Shown piece by piece: positions 42,676 through 55,611 of a DNA stretch of 64,000 nt. The stretch covers positions 8,928,001-8,992,000 of the forward strand of contig CM102287.1 in NCBI GenBank assembly GCA_046563655.1, read 5' to 3'. Numbering within the stretch: position 1 is the first letter of the stretch; the number at the start of each line of letters is the position of its first letter. A program made the position numbers and the translations under genes. The DNA comes from Yuukianura sp. NJ FZ-2021. Its lineage: Eukaryota. The notes under the pieces are model-generated. The model did no database searches and was not told the origin of the DNA. It saw only the letters and a list, made by a program, of their open reading frames with translations.

Positions 42676-43976
42676 CTATTTTGTTCCTAGCAGAAGGTTA
42701 ATTGTAGCATCAAAAATGAATCGAACAAAAGTTAAATATGTTTGTCTTTTGAAAACATAGAGCACTCCAAGCTTAATTCGCAGAGGACGTAACGTTTTGA
42801 GTTCCCGAGTGAATTTAGCTGACATGCGCACAGTGTCGACTGATTCCGACCATTTTTCTAGTAAATTTGAACTACGCATATGAATTAAACAACATACTCT
42901 ATTGAATCCAGACAAAAGAAAACAGTGTCCCATTGTAGACAACATGGTCAGACTGTACATCCATATACCGGCTGTTTCACAATTCATGCGAACTGACGTG
43001 TAGATAGCTTTGACGACCGTAAAACTTCCAACAACCATGCAAACTGAAATGAAACTTTCAAAATTATTATCAAAAAGAATGCTGTGTAGTTGGTACAAGC
43101 GGTAAATTTTCCAGTCCTCAGTTAAATCCTGTTCCGGCTTTCTAAAAATTTCAACAAGAATTTAAAAATTTGAGATCTTTGAGGTTAAAATTTTGCAGAA
43201 GTCTTTTTCATAATCTTGCCTGGGTTTACGAATTTGTAGTTCCAAGTTATATAAAGTAGCGGCCAAATACACGTAGATGATATAGAAAATTACGATAGCT
43301 GAAGCCATAGTTACCCAGTAAACATACATGTCCAAAATTGCTTCCGCAATTCTTGAGACCAAAAGCGATGAAATTTGCAATTTCGAAATGGCTTGGTCAG
43401 AAATTAAAAATGGAAAAATAACCAACGGTCCAACAATCATAACTACTAAACTGAAGTATAGCAAAATGCTGTTGATGTTTCTCCACAACGGTTGATAAAC
43501 AACTGTTTCGCATTTTTCTGAAAATAACAATACAAATTATTTTGAAAAAAAAAATTATGAACTTTTTAACTTATGTACTTTGTACTATTCATACCTTCCA
43601 GTAAAGCCTGGAACATAATAAACTGATTGAACATATACATTATTGCATGTGTTTTGTAGTACCAAATCCAGCAATGATACAAATACACAATTGAATTTTC
43701 CACAAGTACATTGTACAAATCTACAACTGTTTCAGGTAGCTGAATCTGATTGACCAAAAATTGTAGGAATCTAACGTCAACAAATATTGTACGACCAACT
43801 GCTAGTACTAGAAACATATTTTTCAAAACTTTTTTGAATTTTAGGTTGAATATTGTTTCTGACTTTGATGAAAACCTGTGTTGTTTCGTTTCAAGAAAAT
43901 TTCCGTTCATTCCAAACGGAATACCGAAAAACTTGTAAGAAAAATTTACTATAAAACGGATCAAAGCCAACTTCAT
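42676..43976 (-). CDS. Gustatory-receptor-like chemoreceptor, tandem copy A, 3 exons
   Basis: Multi-TM; C-terminus LRIKLGVLYVFKRQTYLTFVRFIFDATINLLL; paralogous to the next two genes. Confidence 0.7.
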
Positions 43977-44369
43977 CTTGACTTATCGTAGTATATGTTG
44001 TGAATATTTTTTAACACTGTCAGAAATTTGAACCAATTGGAGTTAGTGAATTGAATTTCTACACACTACCTACGTATTTGCCTCGTTTATGGAAATATTC
44101 AGTTTGTTTCTACCAAGGTATATAAGTCGATGTGTTAATGGGATGGTTGTGATAAGGAAAAAATAATAATTCCACATTTCCCATGTCAGTTTAAAAATTT
44201 AAGTAACGAGTAGACGAAAACATGGCGCCAATCAAAAGCACGCAGTTTCTAGTTCTAAATAAAAAACTTACTCTTGACCTCGGAATTTCTAAAACGTCAA
44301 CAATAATGTCAACCGAGCATTTTTGCAAATTTGCAAAATTTGATTACTTCAAAACAGCTAAATACTTTA

Positions 44370-45888
44370 TTATTTCGTGCTCAACAGAAGGTTAATTGTG
44401 GTATCAAAAATGAATCGAATAAAATGTAAATTAGTTTGTCTTTTGAAAACAAAAAAAATTCCAAGTTGGACTTCCAATTGACGCAAGGTTTTGAGGGTAC
44501 GGCGGAACGAATAAGCCGACATGCGTAAAGTCGCAACGGACGCTGCCCACTGATCAAGTACTTGTGAACTGCGCATGTGTATTAAACAGCATACTCCATT
44601 GAATCCAAATAGAGCCACGCAATGACCAATCGCAACCAATAGAGACACTGTGTACACGGAAGTACCGGCTGTTTCATAAGTTCGGATTACAACGTAGATT
44701 GAATTTATAGTCATCGCGCTTCCAATTAACATCGACACCAAAATAAAACCGCCGAAATTATTCTTAAAATGAATACTAAATAGTTGACGCAACCTGTAGA
44801 TTTTCCATTGCTCCAATAAATAAGCTTCCGTTTTTCTACGAATTTGACAAAACTTTAAATTACGAGCTTTTGTTCATGAATTTTGTGTTACGTAGCATTC
44901 ACGTTACTTACATGCATTCACGAAGTATTATCTTGAGGTTGTACAGTGTAGTGGCTAGATGCATGTAAACCATAAAGGAAAGGATCAAAGCAGAAGAAAA
45001 AATTGTAAGGGACACGTAGATATCCAACAAGGCTTCAGCTATTCTGAAACCTCGAAATGAAGAGACTTGCAATTTTGAAATTCCGTTTTCGGATATTAAA
45101 ACTGAACAAACTATGATTGGTCCAAAAATATGAGTTATCGAGACGAAGAATAGGAAAACTGTGTTGATATTTTTCCAAACCGGATTATAAACCTCTGCTC
45201 CATACTTTTCTAGAACGAAATTCCATAGAAATCAGGGTTAAGGTTACTTGACAACCGAAATACAACAAATTGTATTTCCTACAACAGGTTGTTCAATGCC
45301 TCAGCCTCAGGGTTTCCAAAAATCTTACTTCAGACAAAATTCTGCACAAATCCCACTTACATTACATACAAAAAATTTCCATAGAAAGGCAGATTTTTTT
45401 GTCAAATAAATTTTAAAACATCCAGTTATTGGACAACCTGGTGTAGAAAACGTTTTCTTTTTGTTTACGAACATTGCAAACAAAATTAAATGCTTGCAGT
45501 TTTTTTAAATTGTACCTTCCAGTGAAGATTGTAGAAGTATGAATTGGTTGAACATGTAAATTATTTCGTCTCTTTTGGAGTACCAAATCCAACGATGTTG
45601 CAAATGAAGAAACCAATTTTGGACGAACGGAGTATAAAAATTTGATATTGCATCTGGTAGCTGTATATGATTGGTAAGGTACTGCACAAATCTGATGGCT
45701 ATGAATATTGTACGAGCTGCAACTGTTACTAAAAATACATTTTCTAAAACCTTCTTGAATTTAGAAAATGTCGTGACTGACGCAACCTTGGCAGGATTTG
45801 GTTGCAGAAAAGTTCTATTCATTTGAAAAGGAATATAAAAAAACTTTGTAGAAAAGTTCACAAAATGGCGGCACCAACTTAACTTCAT
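44370..45888 (-). CDS. Gustatory-receptor-like chemoreceptor, tandem copy B, 3 exons
   Basis: MKLSWCRHFVNFS...YMFNQF; C-terminus FVFKRQTNLHFIRFIFDTTINLLL. Confidence 0.7.
45238..45470. mobile_element. MITE-like element, same family as the one in the ammonia-lyase intron, opposite orientation
   Basis: ctacaacaggttgttcaat (~45279) inverted to attggacaacctggtgtag (~45428); left arm aaggttacttgacaacc...aaattgtatttcctacaacaggttg matches the reverse complement of ~14878-14922. Confidence 0.7.
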
Positions 45889-46251
45889 GTTGACAGCAGG
45901 GTAAAGTTTTCGTTTTTGACATTGGCTTTTTAAAAAACGAGTTTTGAGCAAAAAAGAATTAAGTTCATTTTCAAATGTTCAACGCGTAGGCGATTAGTGA
46001 CATGTAAATATGAATTGGAATTGAAATTATTCAAACCACTTCATGAAATGACAGTGATAAAGAGAAACTAATTCCACCTTTCCCTTGCTAAATTAAAATT
46101 TGAAAAACGGGCCAATCAAAAATAGCACAACAATCTAAGAGAAATGTTGGTCTATAAAAAATTTCGCTCCTTTGTCCTTGAAATTTTTGAGAAATTCCAC
46201 ATAACGAGCATTGTGCCAAAGCACAAGAATTTTCACACGCATTTAAGAGAT

Positions 46252-47550
46252 TTATTGCTTTGTTGTCAACAACAGATTAACTGTAGCATCAAAAATGAAT
46301 TGAATAAAACTTAGATTTGTTTGTCTTTTGAAAATATAGAACATTCCAAATCGAATTCCCAGCGGTCGAAACGTTTGGAGTTCACGACACAAGGAGTCAC
46401 TTGACATGCCCAGAGTCGGAACCGTTTTTGCCCAATGTTCCAGTAGATTTGAACTGCGCATGTGAATTGAGCAGCAGATACCATTGAATCCAAACAGGGC
46501 AACACAACTTCCAGCGGCAACCATCAGCGATTGACTATATATTGATGTACTGGCTGTTCCATATGTTCGAACTGCCACATAAACTGATTCTACGGTAGCT
46601 GCGGATACCATTACCACACACATCAAAATAAAAGTTCCAAAAATATTCTCAAAGTGAATTGTGTACATTTGACGCAATCGATAAATGGGCAATTCTTTGA
46701 GTAAATTTGCTTCAGTAACTCTAAGAATTTGAAAAGAAAATGATAAATATGTTGTTGGGCAATTTTTGTTAATATTTTACCTGTGTACGTGAAGCTGTAT
46801 TTTCAAATTGTACAATGTAATGGCTAAATACATGTACACGATAGCGCTAATGACGATTACAGAAGCCATGATGGCGAGGGGCACATAAATGTCTAGAATG
46901 GCTTCCGTAACTCTGCAACCCAGAACTGAAGAAATTTGCATATCTGACATTCCATTTTCGGATATTAAGAATGGAAAAATGGTAAGCGGTCCAGCATAGA
47001 TTGATCCTGAAGTGAAGAAAAGCAAAGAGCTGTTGATGTTTGTCCAAAGGCGATCATACACACGTGATCCGTACTTTCCTTTAAAAAAAATCATATAAAG
47101 TTAGTATAAAATCATAAAATTTGCAGTAAAAGTGAAATTACAACATTATTTATTAAAACATGAAAGCTTGCCTTCCAATGTAGATTGTAGCGTCATGAAT
47201 TGGTTGAACATGTAAACTATTTGATGTGTTTTGTAGTACCAAATCCATCGATACAGAAAATAGAGAACTACAATTTGGATGTAAAACGTATACAAATTTG
47301 ATATTGATTCGGGTAGTTGGATTTGCTTAGTTTGAAATTGAAACATCTTAATGAAAACAAAAATTGTACGAGCAACTGCCAGTGCCAAAAACACATTTCG
47401 TAAAACTTTTTTGAATTTTGAAAATTTGGTTCTTGATTTTGTTGAAAATTTGTGAGGCTGCCTGTGTAGGATAGTTCCGTTCATTGCAACTGGAACATAG
47501 CAAAATTTGGAAGAAAAATTCACAAAATAGCGGAACCATTTCAGTTTCAT
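46252..47550 (-). CDS. Gustatory-receptor-like chemoreceptor, tandem copy C, 3 exons
   Basis: MKLKWFRYFVNFS...YMFNQF; C-terminus YIFKRQTNLSFIQFIFDATVNLLL. Confidence 0.7.
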
Positions 47551-48039
47551 GTTGACAGTAAAAGCAAGTTTCGTTTTTTGATTTCCAGTTTTCAAAAAAA
47601 CGTGAACATTTAATGTTCAAGTTAATTAACTTGTTATGGGCTATGTATTTTTTCATTAAAACGGTATCTAATGACAGAATGGAATTGGAAATGTAGTGTA
47701 ATGAAAAAAAAATCAATCCACCTTTTATCTGTTAATTTCTTTTATACAAATGAAGAAAACTTTCACCCAATAGAAAGCAAAATTTCCAATTTTCAAAAAT
47801 TTTCTATTTTTGTCCGTGAACTTTTTGCCAAAGGCAAACTTCCATTTCAGAAATGTCCTAAAAAAGATATAGAGACATGCGTTTTTAGAAACAGGAAGAA
47901 TCAAGATTTAAAAGTTAGCAATAATGGAGTTGCTTTCCTACACAATGTATCAAATGGTCTTCAATTTTTGTAGTTTCATGCTATTAGTTACGTTAGTCGC
48001 TTTAATTGCAATTAAGTTGAAAGAATTAAAGCTGGGAAC

Positions 48040-48191
48040 TAAACTAACGTCAATTCTGGAGTACATTCCTTCAAACGTAGCTTGAAATCGTTTCAAAGGA
48101 GACATGCCCGGTATCCAGTTGAGAAATGGAAATGAAAATACCGATTTCACTTCCTTTGCGAACCAAATTCAAAAGAAGTGCCAATTCTTTA
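48040..48191 (-). pseudogene. Isolated duplicated fragment of a P450 exon
   Basis: Near-identical to ~51025-51191 of the CYP gene (FSFPFLNWIPGMSPLKRFQ..FEGMYSRID, including the splice donor) but with an ~18-nt internal deletion. Confidence 0.85.
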
Positions 48192-48443
48192 ATATTTCCC
48201 CAATTAACTTTTCGCCGTTTAAAATTTCTAAAATTAACTTTTTGCCAATTAACATCAATTTTTCGCCAATTAAATTTATCGGGGAATGGTAACTGTTTTA
48301 ATTGGCGAAACTTTCATTGGCAGGGGAAAGCTAAATCAGTTTTGCTACTATTCTCCCTCCATATAAATGATGATCATTTCTCAAAAATCAATTCACATTT
48401 CGTGTCAAGTGTGGCCTTTAACTTTCAAAATTTGAAATCTAAA

Positions 48444-49745
48444 ATGCGGGTATGTAGCTTCTTTGAAAAATAAAATCAAATTTTAGCAAAAATGTTTGGT
48501 GATTAAAATTTCTTACAATTTGAATCTCACTTTTTAGAAATCTTTCGCGTTGGTTTTTGTTTTGGTGTCGACAGTCCAGTTTTCACATGGGAAAATTGTG
48601 AGAATTAACGATGCTGATATCACAGATACTACGAGCTCGAAGGAAGAAGAAAACGGAGACGAACTAGCATGCGGATCCTGTAAAACTAGATTACGCGAAT
48701 CTCTCCTTACAATTACCACTCTGAAAAAGGAACTCAAAACTGTTGAGGCTGAAAAAGAAGTAGCAGAAGGGAAACTGGAGGAATTGATTTCTGGAACTAG
48801 CACTGTCTACAACAAAATCTCTGGAATTTATGACACTGTGGCATGTGAATTTAAAACGGCCAATCTTTCATGTCCTGCGGGAAAGGAAATTCAAATTGAA
48901 AAAGCAGACTATGGCAGAAACGATCATTACAGATGCAGCACTACGTGGATTGAAACGACCGATTGTACGACCAACAACGCCTTGAAGCTGGTCAAGGAAA
49001 AGTAATTACCGCAAATATTTGAGTTTAAATAATGCATGAATATATACTCTATTATATAAAATATTATATTATACAAATCCCTTATTTTGCACTGTAGGTG
49101 CTCTTCAACGCAGTCATGCCGAATTGATGCAACTAATAGCGTGTTTGGGGACCCCTGTGTCTACACCCTCAAATACTTGAGTATTAGTTACTCATGCGTT
49201 GACGCTGAAGCGACGATGAAGAATAATAATCATAACATTTTGAAAATGGCACTCAAAATTGTTGAAGCTGAAAAAGAACAAGCTGAGGGCAAACTGCATG
49301 AATTGATTTCTGGAACTAAAACTGTCTACAACACAACGACTGGCATTTATGACACTGTGGCATGTGAATGGAAAACGGCCATACTTTCATGTCCAGCAGG
49401 AAAGGATATTCAAATTGAAAAAGCAGACTATGGCAGAAATGATAATTACACATGCAGTACCACGCGGATTGAAAGGACCAATTGTACGACAAAGAACGCC
49501 ATGAAAGTGGTCAAGAAAAAGTAATTACCGCAAATGTTTTAATTCAAATACTACGACAAATTAAAATTCATTATATAAATTACTTATTAAATTTTTACAA
49601 ATTCCATGTTTTTTGCCCCTGTAGGTGCTCTGCAACGCATTCCTGCCGAATTGATGCAACTAATACCGTATTTGGGGATCCTTGTGTCTACACCTACAAA
49701 TACTTGAGTATTAGTTACTCGTGCGTCGACGCTAAAGCCGAGTAG
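48444..49745 (+). CDS. Secreted rhamnose/galactose-binding SUEL-type lectin with two tandem coiled-coil+SUEL units
   Basis: MR|KSFALVFVLVSTVQFSHG signal (6-nt first coding exon); two copies of ACE...LSCP...ADYGR...C...FGDPC..T.KYL...C; exons 48444-48449, 48538-49001, 49099-49520, 49625-49745. Confidence 0.88.
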
Positions 49746-49965
49746 GCTGCAGTGTAGGGTTCAGAGAATAAAATGTTGTCATTACATATCAGAATAAAAT
49801 GCATTGCAGAAGAAAGTGTAACCTGTTGAGTTACTATATTTGGCGTATTGTTTAAACTTTTTATTTGTTCTTCTTTTTCATTTGTAGCAGGAAGGATTTT
49901 TAGGAAGTCTAACCAAATCTCTAGAAGCAATTTGATGCTTGAGGTATTGTTATGTCACTTAAAAT

Positions 49966-52045
49966 CTAACTTTTATTCACATGTCTTGCCCTAAATTTGG
50001 CAAAAAACGGCCGTGGTGAATTTGTAAATCCAGAAAGCGGTTCCAGATTAGGTTCATCTACGTCAGCATAAATTTCATAGTTTTGGAGAACCGAAGCAAA
50101 GAAAGTAAACATCGTTAGTAGTCCAATTGTTTGGCCAATACATATACGTTTGCCTAATTTGAAAAAAAAAAGTATGCAATTCAGAATAAATTGAAGTTGA
50201 AATTGAAAATTATCGAATAAAAATTCATTGCAAAAAAGTACCTCCGCCAAAATTTAAGAGTCCGTTGTTTTGGACCAACTTTCCTTCAGAATCCAGGAAG
50301 CGATCAGGTCGAAAATTTTCTGGATCGCCCCAACTTTCTGGATCGTTATGCATTTGGAAGATATTGAGCACGGCTAAGGATCCCTGAAATCCCAAACCAA
50401 TTTTAAATTTTTCCAAATTTCGAAATTAGAAAAAATCTGTAGAAAGTTTTCACAAGTTTCTTAACTTACAGATTTTACAGTATATTTTCCTAATGTAGTA
50501 TCACAGTTTGTAGTTCGAACTAGAAGAGGAAGGACATTGGTCATGCGCATAACTTCCCACAAAGTAGCTTCTGTATACGGTAATTTTTGGCGGTCAAAAA
50601 CTGTCGGGCTTTGACCGCTCAAGGTCATGTCAAGTTCGGCTTGAACTTTTTTTTGAACTTTTGGAAATTTAACCATGTAGAGAATAGCAAATGCCAAGGA
50701 ATTCGCAGTAGTGTCACTGGCAGCTGCAAGTAAATCTGCCACTGTTGCCATCAGTTGCTTGTCTAAAAAATTTCAATCAGAATTTCAAAAATTTGAAGAA
50801 AAAAAAACGAAACTTTTACCTGTATACAAACTCGCAGGCATTTCCGCTTCAGCCTTGATTTTTTCAAGAAAACTGTCGATAAAGTTTAGGTTTTCATTTT
50901 TAACCGAGTTGATATTTCTTCTAGCGTGAATGAGTTGCTAGATTTTGAAAGAAAATCTTTAAATACATTAATGATTAATTAATATATTTATATAAATAAA
51001 TAAGTTAATCTAAATAAATTAACTAAACTAACGTCAATTCTGGAGTACATTCCTTCAAACGTTACTTGAAATCGTTTCAAAGGAGACATGCCCGGTATCC
51101 AGTTGAGAAATGGAAATGAAAATACAGGGTGAATGACAAATTCAATTTCACTTCCTTTGCGAACCAAATTCAAAAGAAGTGCCAATTCTTTATCGTCGAG
51201 GTCAAACCGCTCTCCAGCAATTATATGCCAATTGACATTGAGTGTAGAGGCACGAAAGAGGTCATCAACCTGGACCAATCCGTTCTTCTGACTTATAAGC
51301 TTGTTCAAGTGCACCGTAAATGCTTCAACTTCATCGGTCAAAATAGAATGAGCGTTTCGCATTTTTCCAAAACCGTGTTCTATTAGAGTACGCGTCGCGA
51401 ATCGGCGAATTTCGCGCCATGACTCCCCGTCGTTAAATATCAACCCTAGCAAATTGCAGAAAAAGCTATTCGTTTGGTTTTTGAAAAGAAAGTTCAAATT
51501 TGGTGATTTTTTTAAGAAAAATTTTACCATATTTTCCACCAAAAGTGTGCTGGTGATAGAGCGATGTAGAAGGGAATCTGTCTACCCAATTTGGAGACGT
51601 CAAAATCTCTTTAATAACTTCACGATCTTCAGTTATAACTAGAATTATAATTTTTGAAACTGTTCTAAATTCTAATTTCTTACAAATTCTATAACAAATT
51701 ATTGGCAGAAATTTTTTCTTCTTACCATATTCTTGAACACCGCTTCTAAAACCCATTGTTTTTCCATACTTTTGACAAGCGCTGTGTAAAGCTTCATAGT
51801 TATGTTCTCGTTTGCCCAATAATGCAATTTGCAAAATTCCGCCGATAAGAGGTAGGGAATACGGTCCTGCATTTTTAATAAAAATAAGTTTTTCTAACAT
51901 TTACTTTTTTAAAAAAAATCAATGTTTTTGGTTTACCCGGAAGAATTTTTGAAGTTTCTAAGTGCTTTTTTCCTTTTTCTGTTTGAAAATAAAACGTTAT
52001 TACAAGCACAACAAAAATGGCCACTTCGAAAATTAGAGCAGCCAT
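49966..52045 (-). CDS. Cytochrome P450, CYP2 clan
   Basis: N-terminal anchor, PGP.SLPLIG, WREIRR, I-helix AAASDTTA, EVMR, FRPDRF, heme motif FGGGKRICIG across an intron. Confidence 0.92.
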
Positions 52046-52620
52046 TAAGTACCGATTCAAACTGAACTAAATTTGATGACAGAATTTTTTAGCAACGAAA
52101 TTTATACTATCTGCAACAAAGTTCAGTATTCATGGGAAGAAAGATTTCAAAAATTTCTCACATTTAAGTTTATGTTTTCCAACAACTGTGAGTTTAATTT
52201 GTTAAGAACAGCGAGTCACTCCAAATATGTGTCGTAAATTCAAATCAAGACAAACACGAACTTCTATGTTCACAAGAGTAACATGATTGCGAAAAAATGA
52301 GATGTTTTCTTGCCAATTAGCTTAAATGTAAAGACAGTTAGGGTTAGGAACCTTATAACTTATGGAGCGGAAGTTGCCAACTTGCATGTCACATGTCATT
52401 CAGTCTGTACCAGGAAAAGTAACGCAAAACGAAAAGAAATTTAGAACGAAGACATCTTTTCCGCCAATTGCAACATTATTTGAGCAAGAAATGTCAGATT
52501 ACCAAACTATGAAGTGTACACATCATACTTCGTGCAATCCCCTCATGCCGATGGATCGGCACAGTTTCGTTTGTTTATCCATTTGCTTTATTTTTTGCCA
52601 ACTTTTGAGCCTACTGTTTT

Positions 52621-55611
52621 CTAACAATGACAGTTTGTGGTAAACGGAAGACATTTGGCCACCAATTTCGAAAACTCTTTCCGAAATATTTGACCTTTGG
52701 AAATATAAATAAGGAAGTTAATAGATGAATTTATAATCAGCGGAATTCCCGCCATACTTTCAATATTAGCCGGTTCATCCCCTCCAGTAGCAACATAGAC
52801 CAGAATAAGAGCAGTATTTGTTACACTACAAATGACAAATACTGTTGTGACCGTAAGTAAAGTCGTTGTGATTCCAGCTAGTTGCCGATCCGGTTCGCCG
52901 TCTCGTCCTGAACTCTGTTGGCTCGATGCTGAAAGCCGAAGTCTGGTTCGCCTGGATACTCGGAGCTTTTTTGTATAAAAAAAAGTAATTAAAGTTAATT
53001 ATAATTAATATTTTATTAAATTGTGAGAATTTCCCAATACAGTCTTGCAGTGATATAATAGTAAGTTGTACCTGGTTCCAAATTTTACAATTGAGGAACG
53101 AGATTATTCCGATTGGAAGTAGACATACTATGGTAATCCACGTTTTTTGGTAGTAGTCCATGTACCACCGTTGACGTATCATACTGTTAACGTAGGGTAC
53201 TCGCAATGGGATTGTTACGTAGTGTTCGTCTTCTGGAACAAGGACTAATTTGGTGAGAAAAAATGACGCAGAAGACTCGAACCATCTTGGAAAGTTGAGA
53301 AAAGTTGCAAATATTAGAATCCCCATGAAACTGAATTTAGCAATCCGGATGCTCGTGAATCTTTTGGCATGTAGTGGCCAACAAACTGCAATGTAGCGCT
53401 CTATTGTCAGCAAAACAGTCGTGTACACGGATGCCGTTAGAGCTAAAACGAATATAAATTTTTCAGAAGCATTACACATTAATTTCTTGTTTAATAAATA
53501 ATAAATTCAGAAAACGGAAATTTTTCAGAATGTGTCGACATTTGAACATTTCGGTTGACGTTAACTAGGATACACCGAAATGTACCCATGACAGAAAAAT
53601 GTTGCAGTTGGTGCGGTAACGTGACACGGTACACGGAAATAAGACATGTAACCGTCGTTACCGTACCGTATTGCATACCGTATCGGCAGTCTTACCGATT
53701 TTACTAAGAGGGTACGCTATGATTCGCATGCGTAGACCATGTTCCAGAAGGTCGTAATACGTAATTCGGATTCCGAACAGATCGTAGTGTGAATAGGCCG
53801 AATGAAATCCCAGAAAGAGAAACGGAAGTGAGATTGCAAATTGGATTATAAATGGCAAGTAACAAATCAAAACAATAGAGTCACACAGAGTAAGTCCCAG
53901 TAAAATAACACTGGTTGAAGTACGCATGCTCTTTTGACATAACACTATAGCACTTAGAATGTTACCAATGATACCACCGATACAAGTTAGGCTTACTGCA
54001 ACCGCATAACCGTACACCACTACATCCCGAATCCAAATGTTGTAGCCATAGCTGAACTTTTTATGCAAATTTGCCCAAGTTCCGTTTACTTTGTGCAGGT
54101 CAATGATTTCCAAGTACAGAGGAGTACCAGTTTGAAGCAGAAATGCATCGAGGTCACGTGTGTCAAAACTTTGATACCCACGCAGACGCAAGCGACTAAT
54201 GGAATTTGTATTGAGAATGGCTTCCCATAGGGTGCTGCTGATTCGATGTTCGATGTCAACGCGCTGTAAAACTTTGAAAGTAGTGGTGAATTTCGTCACA
54301 AAATTTGTGTCCGTTGAACAGTTTCTGAGGATTAGTCGCTCCACTTTTGAAAATTGGAAATCAGTGCTTTGTTGTAGATGCAAGTTTTTTAGTGAAAGTT
54401 CTTTCATAGCAGAAGCGCTATTTTTTAGCATTGCGAAATCAAGGTTTAAGTCACTGTGCCAAATTCTGAGATACTCCAAATTCTTATTTTGAGTTACGAA
54501 TTCGCTAATGACGTCATCGGAAAGCCAAGTCTCTACTAGTTTGAGTCTGCGAAGTTTTCGCGGCGGAATTTTGATCAGGGACACGTTCATGACATTTCTG
54601 TCTAACCGCAAATTTGTCAAATTTTTGTAGTTTACGTCTCTCGAACTTGTCACTTGTATTCGAGACACTGAAAACCGTTCAAGTATCTAAAAAACAGCAA
54701 CCACAATTTTTTTGAAATTTTTCATGAAATTTTTTAAATTAGTCTTTTTTGCATTGAAATTTTACCTGTGCTGAAGGAATGGTCGCCAAATCCAGAAGCC
54801 CACTCTGGTCCATTTGAAGGTCAAGCAAATTAACACAAGATTTCAAAAATTGGGCAAAAGTACCGCCATTTTTTAAATTTACGTTTTTCACTACAAGTTT
54901 TACCACTTGGTTACAGTTAAACGAGTGAACATCAACAGTCGATTCAACCAGTGTTAAGTCCCGTGGAACAAAATACTTGACCAAACTGTACGGATCTCTT
55001 TGAATTTCTAACTTTGCAATTCTGGGGTCAAAGGTAACGATGTTTTTTAGTTCAGATTCAAGATGAATCTGCACAGTTTCTGAAATTTCGGTTCCATTTT
55101 TGAAAATAGTGAGAAGTGACATGATGTCCTGCTCTGAACTGAGACTAAACTGCCAGTTGAGCCTTGAAATGTACAGGTTCCATAACTTTGGCACTCGAAG
55201 TGTCCAAGGGAATACTTTATTGGTCCAAGTGACCCGGTCAAGGGTCAAGTCTTCAAGGGCCCAGCACCCTTGTAAGGACTCAAAAATTCTGGAATCATCC
55301 AAATCCAAGTACTCCAAATGAATACTTCGAAGGCCTTCGATATCCATGTGCTCGATTCCACTAAATTTTTCTAGCGGAAGCAACCGCGAATTTCCAATTT
55401 GGTGAAAGTGCGAACCAGGCTTAACTGGACACTGGTCATAGTGCTCCTCCCCCTGTGCAGATTTCAAAAATTTCAGTTTTCAAAAATTCAAATGTTTTTT
55501 CAAAATTTCAAAATACATTTCTACGTTGCTATACTCTGATTTAGAATAGAAATTTAGCAAATGTAATGTACAACGCTCACCTTTGACCTTGATTGAATCA
55601 AGATGAGAACA
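52621..55611 (-). CDS. Class A GPCR (FMRFamide/peptide-receptor-like 7TM) with a long leucine-rich-repeat-like ectodomain; start codon not located
   Basis: Exons ~55611-55580, 55453-54766, 54686-53696, 53442-53072, 52965-52621 splice in frame; GIIGNILS (TM1), LTLCDS (TM2), LTIERYIAVCWPL (TM3), NFPRWFE (TM4), INSSINFLIY (TM7); LxxLxL repeats N-terminal in the same exon as TM1. Confidence 0.8.

Noticed and set aside
36998..52045. Including the EcKL kinase and CYP in the proposed metabolic cluster
   Set aside because: Separated from it by conserved housekeeping and neural genes (cereblon, SOL-1-like, ING); both families are abundant in arthropod genomes
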